From: the human T2T-CHM13v2.0 reference genome, Homo sapiens
NCBI RefSeq assembly: GCF_009914755.1
Contig: NC_060941.1
Strand: one strand, 5' to 3'
DNA: 64,000 nt
The notes beneath the pieces are model-generated. The model was not told the DNA's origin. It searched no databases and was given only the letters and a program-made list of their open reading frames with translations. This document shows positions 1-30,820 of the stretch, piece after piece. The position numbers were made by a program, and so were the translations under genes. Position 1 is the stretch's first letter; each line of letters opens with the position of its first letter.

Positions 1-232
1 GAACAGCTGTGCAGGGTGCGCACTGCAGATCCCAAGACTGCCATTCATGCCGCCATCATGCAATGACATGGCCTGGGGCCCTCTGAGCTGCCTCTGCTTC
101 CCACACCTTTTATCCCCCACTGCCGGGAGTTTGCAGGTTTGTTGACCACGTGGCTGACAAACCATTGACCCACCAGCTCTGACAGAGGACTGGCCATCAG
201 CTCGCAGCCACAGGGGCCCTGTTACACCCTGA

Positions 233-3378
<3,146 letters not shown>

Positions 3379-3435
3379 TGACCAGACTTTTGACTGCACC
3401 GATGAAACCAGGATCCAGAAAGGACTCTCTAATGA

Positions 3436-4640
3436 TGTAGGAAACGTCGAGCTCTGTCTCCCCTGCAGCTCTCACAACACAGAACAGTCCAGTGACCCCA
3501 GGTGGGTGGGGTTTTCCCTCCACACGGGGCAAGCAGTCCTTCGGCAACCAGCTCCAGCTGAAGGTCCTCACGTTCAACTCAATTCCGACATGCTCCACCT
3601 GGAGGTAGCATCAGCCCTCACAGGTCGAGGTCTCAGTCCCACAAGACTGCTCCTAACTTCCGAGGCCCATCACCAGCCGCCGGTTATTTCACCTGTGCTT
3701 TCGACCAAACAACCATATCAGGGTTTCTGGGACCCTTTCCTTGGGCTTAATTTGCTAGAGTGGCTCAGAGAACTCAGAGAAGCACTTACCGACATTTACT
3801 GGTTTATTATAAAGGATATTACAGGCCAGGTGCCTTGGCTCACGCCTGTAATCCCAGCACTTTGAGAGGCCGAGGCGGGCGGATCACGAGGTCAGGAGTT
3901 CGAGACCAGCCTGGCCAACATTGGTGAAACCCCGTCTCTACTAAAAATACAAAACTCAGATGGGCGTGGTGGCAGGCGCCTGTAATCTCAGCTACTAGGG
4001 AGGCTGAGGCAGGAGAATCGCTTGAACCCAGTGGTTGCAGTGAGCCGAGAGCATGCCACCACACTCCAGCCTGGGTGGCAGAGCAAGACTCTGCCTCAAA
4101 AAGAAAAAAAAAAGATATTACAAAGGATACAGATGAGGAGATGCATAAGGCAAAGTGGGGGTGAGGGGCAAAGTGGGGGTGAGGGGCAAAGCTTCCATGC
4201 CCTCTCGGGGGCCACCCTCCAGAAACTTCCACATGTTCTGCTACCCAGAAGCTCCCCAAACCCTGTCCTTTTGAGTTTTATGGAGGCCTCATTACATAGG
4301 CATGACTCATTGAATCACTGGCCGCTGGTGATCAACTAAACCTTCAGCCCTTCTCTCCCAGAAGAGGGGTGTGGGGCTGAAAGTCCCAACCCTCTGATCG
4401 TGCCTGGTTCTCTCCAGTGACCAGCCCCCATTTTGAAGCTATCTGGGGGCTGCCGGTCCCCCGTCAACTCATTAACAAAGAAAAAGACATTTATTACTTT
4501 GGAGATTCCAGAGATTTTAGGCATGTATGCCAGATAATGGGACCAAATGTTTATTTTGAGACCAAATATATTTTTATTTGTTATATTGTAAAATATATAT
4601 TCAGTCTTGGAATGTCAAATATACATTTCACAGTATCACA
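3436..4640 (-). mobile_element. MER21-family solo LTR interrupted by a plus-strand Alu (3824-4112)
   Basis: Minus strand begins TGTGATACTGTGAAATGTATATTT and ends TTTCCTACA; internal text resembles MER21 consensus; Alu flanked by aa(a/g)gatattaca target-site duplication. Confidence 0.75.
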
Positions 4641-5094
4641 GGATCCAAGTCTGCCTGGCTGTCAGGGTCAAGGCCCAAGTCCCAGGGCCTATGAGGCTGC
4701 TTCGGGAGCCACCACTGCCCACCCATCCTATTCAAGCAAAGCTCCCGCCCTGCCCAGCCAGGAACCCTGGCTCCTCACCTGGCTCTGCCCCAGTGCCTGT
4801 TTGAACCCTGGGCTCACTTGCTCCTGTGTGCTGGGTGTGAAGGAAACCCTTGACCACTGACCAGGAGCAAAGCAATCTGGTGGGCTGGGGTGGGATGAGG
4901 AGGTAACCATCCTAGGCTGGGCCCGCTCAGTGGGAGAGTATGCACAAGAAAAGCCCTATGACCACCCAGAAAAAAATGGGGGAGAAATCACTGCTTTGGA
5001 TTGAAATCAATGACAGAGACATAACAGCAATACGTAATACATAAACCTTGACCAGATCTGGCTTTAAAACAACACAGCACTAGAAGTCATTTTG

Positions 5095-7874
<2,780 letters not shown>

Positions 7875-8153
7875 ACTAAAATTGTCTTTAAGTCCACCCT
7901 CCCCCTGGGCAATGGAGCAGGGAGAGGCCCAGTGAGGCGTGAGGCTGGGGTTCCGTGGACCCCACAGACCAGCCCGATGCCCACAGCCTCTCTCACACCT
8001 TCTCTCTTTCTCCTGCATGCCCTTCTGAAAGAGAAAGGAGTTCCTCTCCTGACGGTGGGGTGGGGTGGGCTGCCATGGCCGTCTCTGGGGCCCATCTCAG
8101 ATTGCCTGGAAGCCCCTCAGTCTGAAGGCCTCTTGCCCACCGGCCCTACTCAC

Positions 8154-8274
8154 CAGGTCTGGTTGGTGCTGGGGTCTTGGTGCAGAAGGGAGCTGAGCAC
8201 GAAAGGGGCACCTCCCTTGGGCGTGAGCCAGGGCCGGGCCACATCCACATTGAAAGCGGCCAGCAGGGCCAGGC
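8154..8274 (-). CDS. ITGAE: Integrin alpha-E coding exon 2: (S)LALLAAFNVDVARPWLTPKGGAPFVLSSLLHQDPSTNQT(W)
   Basis: Acceptor ttttccctacAG at 8276-8275, donor TG|GTGAGT at 8153; 121 nt; FNVD is the typical mature integrin alpha N-terminus after signal cleavage. Confidence 0.96.
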
Positions 8275-8893
8275 CTGTAGGGAAAAGAGGAGCGTTTAAT
8301 GAAAGAGGCCTTTTACTCCCGTTATTCCAGCAAATCCTGTGGTGTCATGAACCCCGTTTTACAGCTGAGAAAAGTGAGACTGCCCAGGGATCTTTATGTG
8401 TGTGTGAGAGAGAAAGACTAGACGCAGGTGTATCTGACCCAGAGCCTCTGATCCTCCTACTAAACCAAGCTGTACCAGTACCCGAGCCCCCCTCCTCCAA
8501 GAAGCCGCCCCTAGCTCTCCCCAAAGAAGCACTTCCCACCTCCTCACGCCTCTTACTGTCATTTCTGCACCTGACACACAGCGTGTACTCACGTCACTGC
8601 GTCTTGTACTGAAGTTACAGTAGACTGTGAGCCCCAGGAAGAGGGCCTGTGTATGTTCTATGTACCCCCTTCAAGCGACCCACGAGAAAACGTATCCCCA
8701 AAACTGCCTGCACAAGAATGTTTTATACCAGCTTTATTCGGAAGAGCCCCAAACTGCAAACAACCCAAATGTCCATCAACAGGAGACTGGAAAAGCCCAC
8801 TGTGGTATATTCCTACAGTAGAATCCTACTCAGGAGTAAAGAGGAGTCAACAACAGATACAGCAGCGTGATGAATCCCAAAAATCATTATGCT

Positions 8894-14190
<5,297 letters not shown>

Positions 14191-14489
14191 TAATACATTT
14201 TCCTAACAGTAAAAGTCATTTGAGTATCTTTGGTTGGCTGGAATGCATCACAATTTTTTTAATGAAATTGATGCAAATATTTTTTCCAATTAATGGCTGT
14301 TTACTCAGCAGTAGATTTCAGGAAGAAATTAAAATCACTACATGAAGGACAAGTGTATAAACGACACTAGCTTCTGTATAAGGAAGGGAAGGAGATATAT
14401 GCACACAAATATGTTGTTTTTGATTCACTAGGAAGATGTGACAATTTTAAATCTGTATTTATCCAATAACATCATTTCAAAATATAAAA

Positions 14490-18045
<3,556 letters not shown>

Positions 18046-18287
18046 GAATTAAAGCGGTGGGGTCTAGCTATGTTGCCCAGGCTGATTTCATACACCGGCC
18101 TTAAGCAATCCTCCCGCCCTGGCATACCAAAGCCCTGGGTTTCCAGGTGTGAGCCACTGTGTCTGGCCTGCTATGAGTGTCTTGCAGACGTCTTCATGAC
18201 CATATGAACACATTCCTGTTGGGCATATGTCTAACCGTGGAACTTCTGGATCCTGTTAAGCATATGTTCAGCTTTAGTGGATACTGA

Positions 18288-18462
<175 letters not shown>

Positions 18463-18483
18463 TAATTTTTGTATTTTTAGTAG

Positions 18484-18600
<117 letters not shown>

Positions 18601-18873
18601 TAATTTGCCTTTCTCTGACGTCTGAAGTCTCCTTACAAGATTCCTGACTATTTTGATAATCTCTTTTGTGAAATGTCCTTTTTCTGTTTGTGGACATGCC
18701 TTTTTCTTATTGATTTGTAGAAATTCTTTACATATTCTGAAGTTAATCTTTTATCAATTTGTGTTGCAATTATTTTCTTATTCTGTGGTTTGCCTTTTCA
18801 CTCACTTACTTTTTTTTTTTTTTGATAAACAGATGTTCTTAAGTTTAATGAAGTTCAAAAAAAATTTTTTTAG

Positions 18874-19238
<365 letters not shown>

Positions 19239-19304
19239 TAATATGAACATTTACTGATCTAAATTTGTCCATTTTTCTGTATGTTGTACTTTTAAAAAGT
19301 CTAC

Positions 19305-19539
19305 ATTAAAAATAATTATTAAAATAATTATTTAAAAATAATAATTATTAAAATAATTATTTAAAAATAATAATTATTAAAATAATTATTTAAAAATAAT
19401 AATTATTAAAATAATTATTTAAAAATAATAATTATTAAAATAATTATTTAAAAATAATAATTATTAAAATAATTATTTAAAAATAATAATTATTAAAATA
19501 ATTATTTAAAAATAATAATTATAATTAAAATATTTTTTA
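19305..19539. repeat. Pure A/T minisatellite, ~7 copies of 29-bp AAAATAATTATTTAAAAATAATAATTATT
   Basis: Units start at 19321, 19350, 19379, 19408, 19437, 19466, 19495; no G or C in 235 bp. Confidence 0.95.
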
Positions 19540-19758
19540 GAATAAGAATTACAAGTATGTGAAACACACTGAATATATAAAACTTTCATAAGTTCATGAT
19601 ATTTACAAGAGAGAGAAAAATAAAAACAAAAGAAATCAAGGTGACTCACGCCTGTAATCCCAGCACTTTGGGAGGCTGAGGTGGGAGGATCACTTACACT
19701 CGGGAGCTCAAGACCAACCTGGGCAATACAGTGAGACTCCGTTTCTACAAAAAAATTA

Positions 19759-19971
<213 letters not shown>

Positions 19972-20032
19972 TTACTCTGAAAACTGACTGTTAGGAAAAG
20001 TATTAAGCATTTTTCTTGCCTTTCCTACATGA

Positions 20033-20467
<435 letters not shown>

Positions 20468-20763
20468 TAAATTTATTTTTCATTTGTTCATCTGGCCCTT
20501 ATAAAAATGGCATGAAAAACGTCTTTTTTATGGATAAATTATTACTAATAAATGTAGGAAGAATAATAGAACCAAACTATTTTGTGAGCCCTAATGAAAT
20601 ACAATAATTAATTCAGGCCAGGATCATCAACAGGTAAAGCTTCTAAATGAGAGTCTGATAGACTAACTTTACAATTAGGCTGACACCACCTGAGCCCACT
20701 AGTCAATCTTAGCATCCCTAGGAGTGGGCCTCTCAGGCATGTCCTTCTTGGTGTGACACTCTA

Positions 20764-21252
<489 letters not shown>

Positions 21253-21663
21253 TTAGAGTGTGCTCGCCACAGAACTGAAACCTGACGTTAAACTTCCAGT
21301 TTTCAGGCAGTTTGGGGAATAAAAAGACAAATCACACCAAGAGGAAGCAAACACACAAATCCTGAACATAGATATTCTGCAACACACGTGACCAAACTCT
21401 GCCATAAATCAAAGGCATGAAAGCAGAAAATGGGGATGGGGGTGCACTCCAGACGGAGAGCCACAGCAACCGCATGTCATGTGCGGACCTTGTTTGGATC
21501 TTGCTTTGAACAAACCAACTGTTAAAAAGACATTTGGAGGCCGGGCATGGTGGCTCACGCCTGTAATCCCAGCACTTTGGGAGGCCGAGGCAGGCAGATC
21601 ACGAGGTCAGGAGATCGAGACCGTCCTGGCTAACACGGTGAAACCCCTTCTCTACTAAAACTA

Positions 21664-21906
<243 letters not shown>

Positions 21907-21921
21907 TTAGTTAGGTGGTAA

Positions 21922-22075
<154 letters not shown>

Positions 22076-22324
22076 TAGCTGGGATTACAGGGGTGTGCCA
22101 ACATGCCTGGCTAATTTTTGTACTTTTAGTAGAGATGGGGTTTCGCCATGTTGGCCAGGCTGATTTCAAACTCCTGACCTCAGGTGATCCACCAGCCTCG
22201 GCCTCCCAAAGTGCTGGGATTACAGGTGTGAGCCACCACGCCCGGCCCTTCATGTTCTTTAGAAATGAAAATGTCCATGTTTTTTGGGAGTGAAATGACA
22301 CGATGTTTGGGGTTTAAAATACTG

Positions 22325-22485
22325 TTTCTGAAACATTAGCGTGCAAATGAGTCATCGGAGATCTTGTTAAAATGCAGATTCTGACTCAGCAGATAATGAA
22401 TCAGAATGGGGCTGGGAGTCTGTTCCAACAAGCTCCCAGACGATGCTCTCACTGCTGGTCCTCAGGTCACATTTTGAGCAGCCAG
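22325..22485. mobile_element. MER5A-like hAT DNA transposon remnant
   Basis: CTTGTTAAAATGCAGATTCTGACTCAGC and CACATTTTGAG motifs. Confidence 0.65.
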
Positions 22486-22762
22486 GCTTTAAATACCTTG
22501 ACAACAAAAATGAAAAGGGGAACACAAAATACATTCAGCTTGTGTGGCAGGATCTTGATCATTGTGTCATCCGCTTGATGGACATATTGGCTTTGTTATA
22601 GTTATCTCGTTTACCTGTGTACATGCTTAAAATTTTATTATCCAAAAATCAACCTTCCAGACTTGAGGAGGAGGAGGAACCTGGGGAGATGGCTCTGAGG
22701 CCAGGCTCTGGATCTCTCATCCCTGCATTTAAGGCCATTTCCCTGAGTCTGGCACAAAGTAG

Positions 22763-23005
<243 letters not shown>

Positions 23006-23713
23006 TGAACTCCTCAGGTGATCCGCCCGCCTTGGCCTCCCAAAGTGCTGGGATTACACGCGTGAGCCACCGCGCCCGGCCTGATATCTATATTTTATTC
23101 CTTTTTCTTCACATCTCTGCCTCGCCTGGAATGATTTGTGGTGATTCATAAAAATACATAATACAGGTAAGATAAAACTCGCTTAAAATAATGGGGCAGG
23201 CAAAAAAGAACAGAAGGAAAATGATGGTTTAAAAAAAGAGGGGGATACAACAAGCCAGGAAGGAGGCCAACAGCTAACATGTAGATCACGCAGTGCCAGC
23301 ACTTTCTATCACGTGCCCCACTGTTGGCTCTGAACACAGCGCTGGCTCACAAAAGTGTTCCTAAAATCCTTTGGCTTAATAAAATCATTTGTTGATTCAA
23401 CGCATACATGAATGAATGAAGCTTTCTTGAAGGTGATATCAACATGAAAAAGATCAGTTAATGCCATGCGGTGTCCACAAAATTCAAAAAACAAAACACT
23501 TCCAGGCAAAGCACAACCAGTCTGGTTATTCAAATCAGAGAAAAAACTGTCCCTAAGGGTCCTTTGTGAGAACACAATGAAGAAACCCTGCACCCCAGCT
23601 TTTGCAGACCTGTGATTTGTGTCCTCCCTGCCAATGCCCCAAAGTAGAAAACACAGGAAACATAACCAGACCAGACGTTCTTGTTTGGGGGTAATGGATC
23701 CCTTTGAGAATCT

Positions 23714-25374
<1,661 letters not shown>

Positions 25375-25777
25375 CACGTTGAGCCCTGTGCCTCCTGGTC
25401 AGTCACTCTGGGGAAAAAACAGGACGTCAGCAAACTGCCTAGAGGAGAATTAAAAAGTGCGAGCTGCCAACATGTTACGAGGGGTGGGTGGGGGGCCTTC
25501 TTCCCCCCGTTTCACTGTCGGTATAACTGAAAAGGCACGAGTGGAGGCCGCAGAGCAAAGTCCAGTCTCCTCTCCTGGGCGTCCGTGGCACCCCCCCGCT
25601 CTGCCCGGCGCACCCTCTGCACACTCCTGCCTCCAGGCCTCGACACAGCGGCTCCCTCCACCCAGCAGGCCTGCTCAGCACTCTCCACCTCTGTCTGCAA
25701 AGCCCGTCTTTTGTGGCCCTGCTCAGCCAGCCAGGAGCCAGGAGCCAATCCAGACTCAGTCAGAGTAACTCCCGGGT

Positions 25778-25869
25778 CCCTGAGCCCCCTCAGCACCCTG
25801 TGGTCTGTCTGGCTCTGACCAAACCCTGAGCCCCCTCAGCATCCTGTGGTCTGTCTGGCTGTGACCAAA
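25778..25869 (+). repeat. 46-bp tandem duplication (44/46 identical)
   Basis: CCCTGAGCCCCCTCAGCA(C/T)CCTGTGGTCTGTCTGGCT(C/G)TGACCAAA x2. Confidence 0.95.
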
Positions 25870-26427
25870 TTCTGTCTGGATCAGGGTGATCTGTGATTCA
25901 GTTTGTCTGCCCTGAACTGTGATGTGATCTGAGTCACACACAACACCCCCAGCCACAGAGCCCAGCTCAGCGCAGGGCCAGGCCCACCCAAAAAAGGTGC
26001 TCTAAAAAGGTCAGAGTGGGCCAGATATTCCCTTTCCTCACGCCACCCCACCCCTGTGTTCACTTTGTTCAACAGAGATCTTGTTCAACTGAGGGTTCCG
26101 CTCCCCCAGAGCACCTGTTGCCTTCCAGGCACCACGCTAGGTGCTGAGGCTCAGAGAGGGGTGTGGTTTGTGCATGGCCCGTCGGAAGATTGAATATTTG
26201 TGTCTGGGGCTCAGATTCTGTGTTTATGCCCGATTTCAAAGCCTTTAGTAATAGCTGGAGGCACCGAGGGGTTGGTAAACAGAGAGAGGCCAGGGTCACA
26301 AATGGCCTCAAGAAGCTGGGCACTGCTCCTGCCGTGCGGCGGCTCACTGAGCTGGAGCAGGGCTCTGCTTACAGGGCTGGTAACTAGGTCAGCAAGAGCC
26401 TGCCGCAGAGGCACGGTGGCATGAGAC

Positions 26428-26835
26428 TGTGTACGTGTGTGTGTGCATGTGTGTGCATCCGTGTGTGCTTGTGTGCATCCGTGTGCATCCCTGTGTGTGC
26501 ATGTGTGCATCCGTGTGTGTGCATCCATGTGCATCCGTGTGCGTGTGCATCCGTGTGTGTGCATCTGTGTATGCGCATCCGTGTGTGTGCATCCGTGTGT
26601 GTGCATCCGTGTGTGCATCCCTGTGTGTGCGTGTGTGCATCCGTGTGTGCATCTGTGTGTGTGCATCCGTGTGTGCATCCATGTGCGCGTGTGTGCGTGT
26701 GCATCCGTGTGTGCATCTGTGTGTGCATCCGTGTTTGTGCATCCCTGTGTATGCATCCGTGTGTGTGCATCCCTGTGTGTGTGCATCCGTGTGTGTGTGC
26801 ATCCATGTGTGTGCATCCGTGTGTGTGTGTGTGCA

Positions 26836-26875
<40 letters not shown>
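26428..26875. repeat. Compound (GT)n-GCATC(C/T) repeat, ~26 cores, ending in (GT)18
   Basis: Directly visible. Confidence 0.95.
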
Positions 26876-26876
<1 letters not shown>

Positions 26877-27572
26877 TGGGGTAGTTCGCTGTATTTGCTG
26901 GGCTTTCCCTGAGAGCCAGCTGGTGCCCAGGTCTGCCAGGCCTGGCTCAGCTTGTTTCCTCAGACTGGACTCGCCCCAGGCCCAACAGTTTGCCTTTGAG
27001 CTGCGCCTCCATCAGGAAACCACCTCCTGTTGCATTTCCCACCAGGACTCAGAAAACAGCATTGTCTTGGTAGATGGTCTTGAGTTCAAATCCTCACTGC
27101 CTTGGAGTCACTGAAGGACCCTGGGCTTGGCACCTCGCTTCCGTCTCCCCTCTGGGACATGGGGCTGTGCAGATCAAATGGGGCGATACGCGGCCCCAGG
27201 TCTGACGCAGGAGGCTCAGCACGTGGAGGCTGAGGTTGGAGAGAGTTATAACCACAGGCGAGGGCTGGCCCTCCCTCCCAATCCCCCCTCCCGTGTTGTC
27301 TGACTTACAGACATAGCTACACCAGTGTCTGTCACCACACTACCCACAGGACCACCTCTCTGAGCTGTCCCCAGCCACGGAGGCCTGCTGAGTCAGACCG
27401 AGATCCCCCTCCATCCTGTCAGCCACCACTGTCTCCCCTCAACCCTCTGTCTCCCCCAGCACTCCGGGCAATTTCAACTCACATTCTCACAGTACAATAA
27501 GTACCACGATTCCCAATTTAGGAAACCGAGGCCCATGGGGCATGATTTGCCCACACTGATACCAGGAGCTGA

Positions 27573-28444
<872 letters not shown>

Positions 28445-30518
28445 TAAACGTTTCTCATGAGTGTGTCCTCCTCCCCACGTCTGCCTTCCGCAACAGCCGC
28501 AGATGGGGCCAAGGCAGCAGCCTCCTCACGGGCCTCTCTGCCTCCCCTCTCCCCCAGATTCCAACTAACACACAACATACAATTCTGTCGCCATCCTGGT
28601 CAAGACCTTCTGTGGCTCCCCACTGCCCTCAGCAGGAACTCCAAGCTCCCCCAGGCCGGCACTCAGGTCCCCACGTTCCTCACCACCTCCACCGTGGGCC
28701 TCTCGGGACTGGATGCCCGCATTCCTCCACTTATACCACACCTGCCACACGAATGCAGGCCTCCCAGAGAAGGGCAGGGATGTGGGGCTCCCACACGGCC
28801 CACACTCCCCCAGCCAGCTCTCCCCCACACACTGCATTCCGGGGGCATTTCACCTTTGCTTGGGCTGCCCCTCTGCCTGGAGTGCCCCTTCCCTACCCCC
28901 GTGCTGTGACACCCTGCCGGGGCCGGGGAGGCTACTGTGTGCACAACCTGCCTTCTCTTCACACAGGGGCTGGGATAGGGGTGGCCTCGCCTCTGCCCGC
29001 ACCTCCAGGGCCCAGCATGTCCCGATTTGGGGCGGGGCTGGAAGGGAAAGCAACACCAGAGGAGACAATCTCCTGCTCCCACTCACACTTCGCCTCCATC
29101 TTCCTACAAACCAGACTCTTCACACCCCAGGGCTTGGTCCCTCCTATCCCCCCTGCACAGAAGGCCCCTCTGCTCACCCCCAGCCTGTACTTGCCAAGGA
29201 CCTCCCCGTCCTTCAGAGCCCACCTCAGATGCTACAGTCTCCCACTCCCCAAGGACTGAGGTTTTCTATCACGCACAGGCCCGGGGTGATGCCCCGGCAC
29301 AGCCCCTGGCCTCAGCCCGAGTGCGTGCCACCAGCAGAGCGGGCCCTGGACTTCTGGTTCCTTCTTCTTCACCCCTGTAAGGTGTTGTAGGCTGACAGGA
29401 CAGGCTTCTTCACGCAAGGGTGGAAACTCAACCTCTGAGACCCAGGATGGAGAAGTGAGTTGATGTGACTGCAGAATGAGTCAGGGGTGAAGACTGACTT
29501 GGGGACAGCAGGCCACAGGGTAAGAGGGCATGATGGGGCTGGTGGTCAGGGTGTGGACAGTTCCAGGGTTTCAGTGTCTGTCTGCACCCAATGCTTCTAA
29601 AATCTCCCTTAGACAACTGCTATTATTCCGTCTGCTGCCACAAATAAGAAGTAGGCATCACCAGAGTGGCTGGCCTGGAGAGAGTGGAAGGTCAGGGCCA
29701 GGCCAGGCCAGTCCTGGATTCTCTCCAGCCTAAGGAGGCCCAACCCGGCACAGGGTACAGGGTGCTGGGCCTGGAGCCACAGTCTGAGGGAGTTCTTCCT
29801 CCCAGCATCTCCTGGACATTTTCTTTCTCAGACTCTCCTCAGCCCCCAAGACTCAACGCCACCTCACCTCCTCCAGGAAACTCTCCTGGACTGGCCCATC
29901 CTAGTCTCAGGACCTCACAGCATGGAGCAGAACTGCAGCAGCCTCGTTTCCGCCACCCACACCGGAGCTGCGGGGGCCCTGCTCTGGTCCCCTTCCCGTG
30001 GCTGAGCTGAGCTGTGGGCTAAGTGGTCTCATGGCAAGTCTGCTCCATCATCGCTCTCTGCTGCCCATCAGCTTGGGAAGGGCCTAGGCCTCAAAAGAGG
30101 TTTGATCGATGCCACCTGCTGGAAAAGGCACTGAGGTGATGGGTGGTGGTCTCAGAGGCTAAAGGAGACAGATGAGCCACAGGAGTATTCTGGAGCTGGG
30201 AGGCAGGACAGAGGCCTGGGCTTGAGCCTCGTGTCTATTATCAGTTGCTTGCAAGCCTGGGTAGTCACTGCCCGCTCTGTGCCCCAGTCACCTCCTCTGT
30301 ACTGGGAGAGGGTAGACAAGAGTCTAGTCTAAGCATCTGCTCCAGATATTCTTGGTAATGGGAGATCAAAGCCACAAGCCATAAAAAGAGTGAGACTCTC
30401 TCCACACCCCACATGTAACTAAAAACAGAGAAGTCTAAATTGTAAAATAAAAGGAAGTTCAACAAACTGTTGACCTTTCCATGGTGACTATTCTGATGTT
30501 TTTGAAATATAAAATATT

Positions 30519-30820
30519 AGGCCGGGCAAGGTGGCTCATGCCTGTAGTCCCAACACTTTGGGAGGCCGAGGCAGGTCGATCACCTGAGGGCAGGAGACCA
30601 GCCTGACCAATATGGTGAGACCCTGTCTCTACTAAAAATACAAAAATTAGCCAGGCGTGGTGGCAGGCGCCTGTAATCCCAGCTACTCGGGAGGCTGAGG
30701 CAGGAGAACTGCTTGAACCTGGGAGGCAGAAGTTATGGTGAGCCAAGATCCAGCCTGGGCTCCAGCCTGGGCAGCAGAGCAAGACTCTGTCTCAAAAAAT
30801 AAAATAAAATAAAATGAAAT
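30519..30820 (+). mobile_element. Alu (S-like) with TSD tgaaatataaaatatta
   Basis: Alu motifs and duplicated flank. Confidence 0.9.

Noticed and set aside
7932-8612. 226-aa plus-strand ORF
   Set aside because: Antisense to ITGAE exon 2, non-ATG start, runs into MIR/L2-like sequence, no recognisable domain
26211-27114. Long His/Thr- and Cys/Val-rich ORFs open in all six frames
   Set aside because: The (GT)n-GCATCC repeat lacks stop codons by composition; not metallothionein-like genes
28457-29390. Overlapping 150-225 aa Pro-rich ORFs
   Set aside because: C-rich, stop-poor intronic sequence with degenerate L2-like text; open in several frames, no domain
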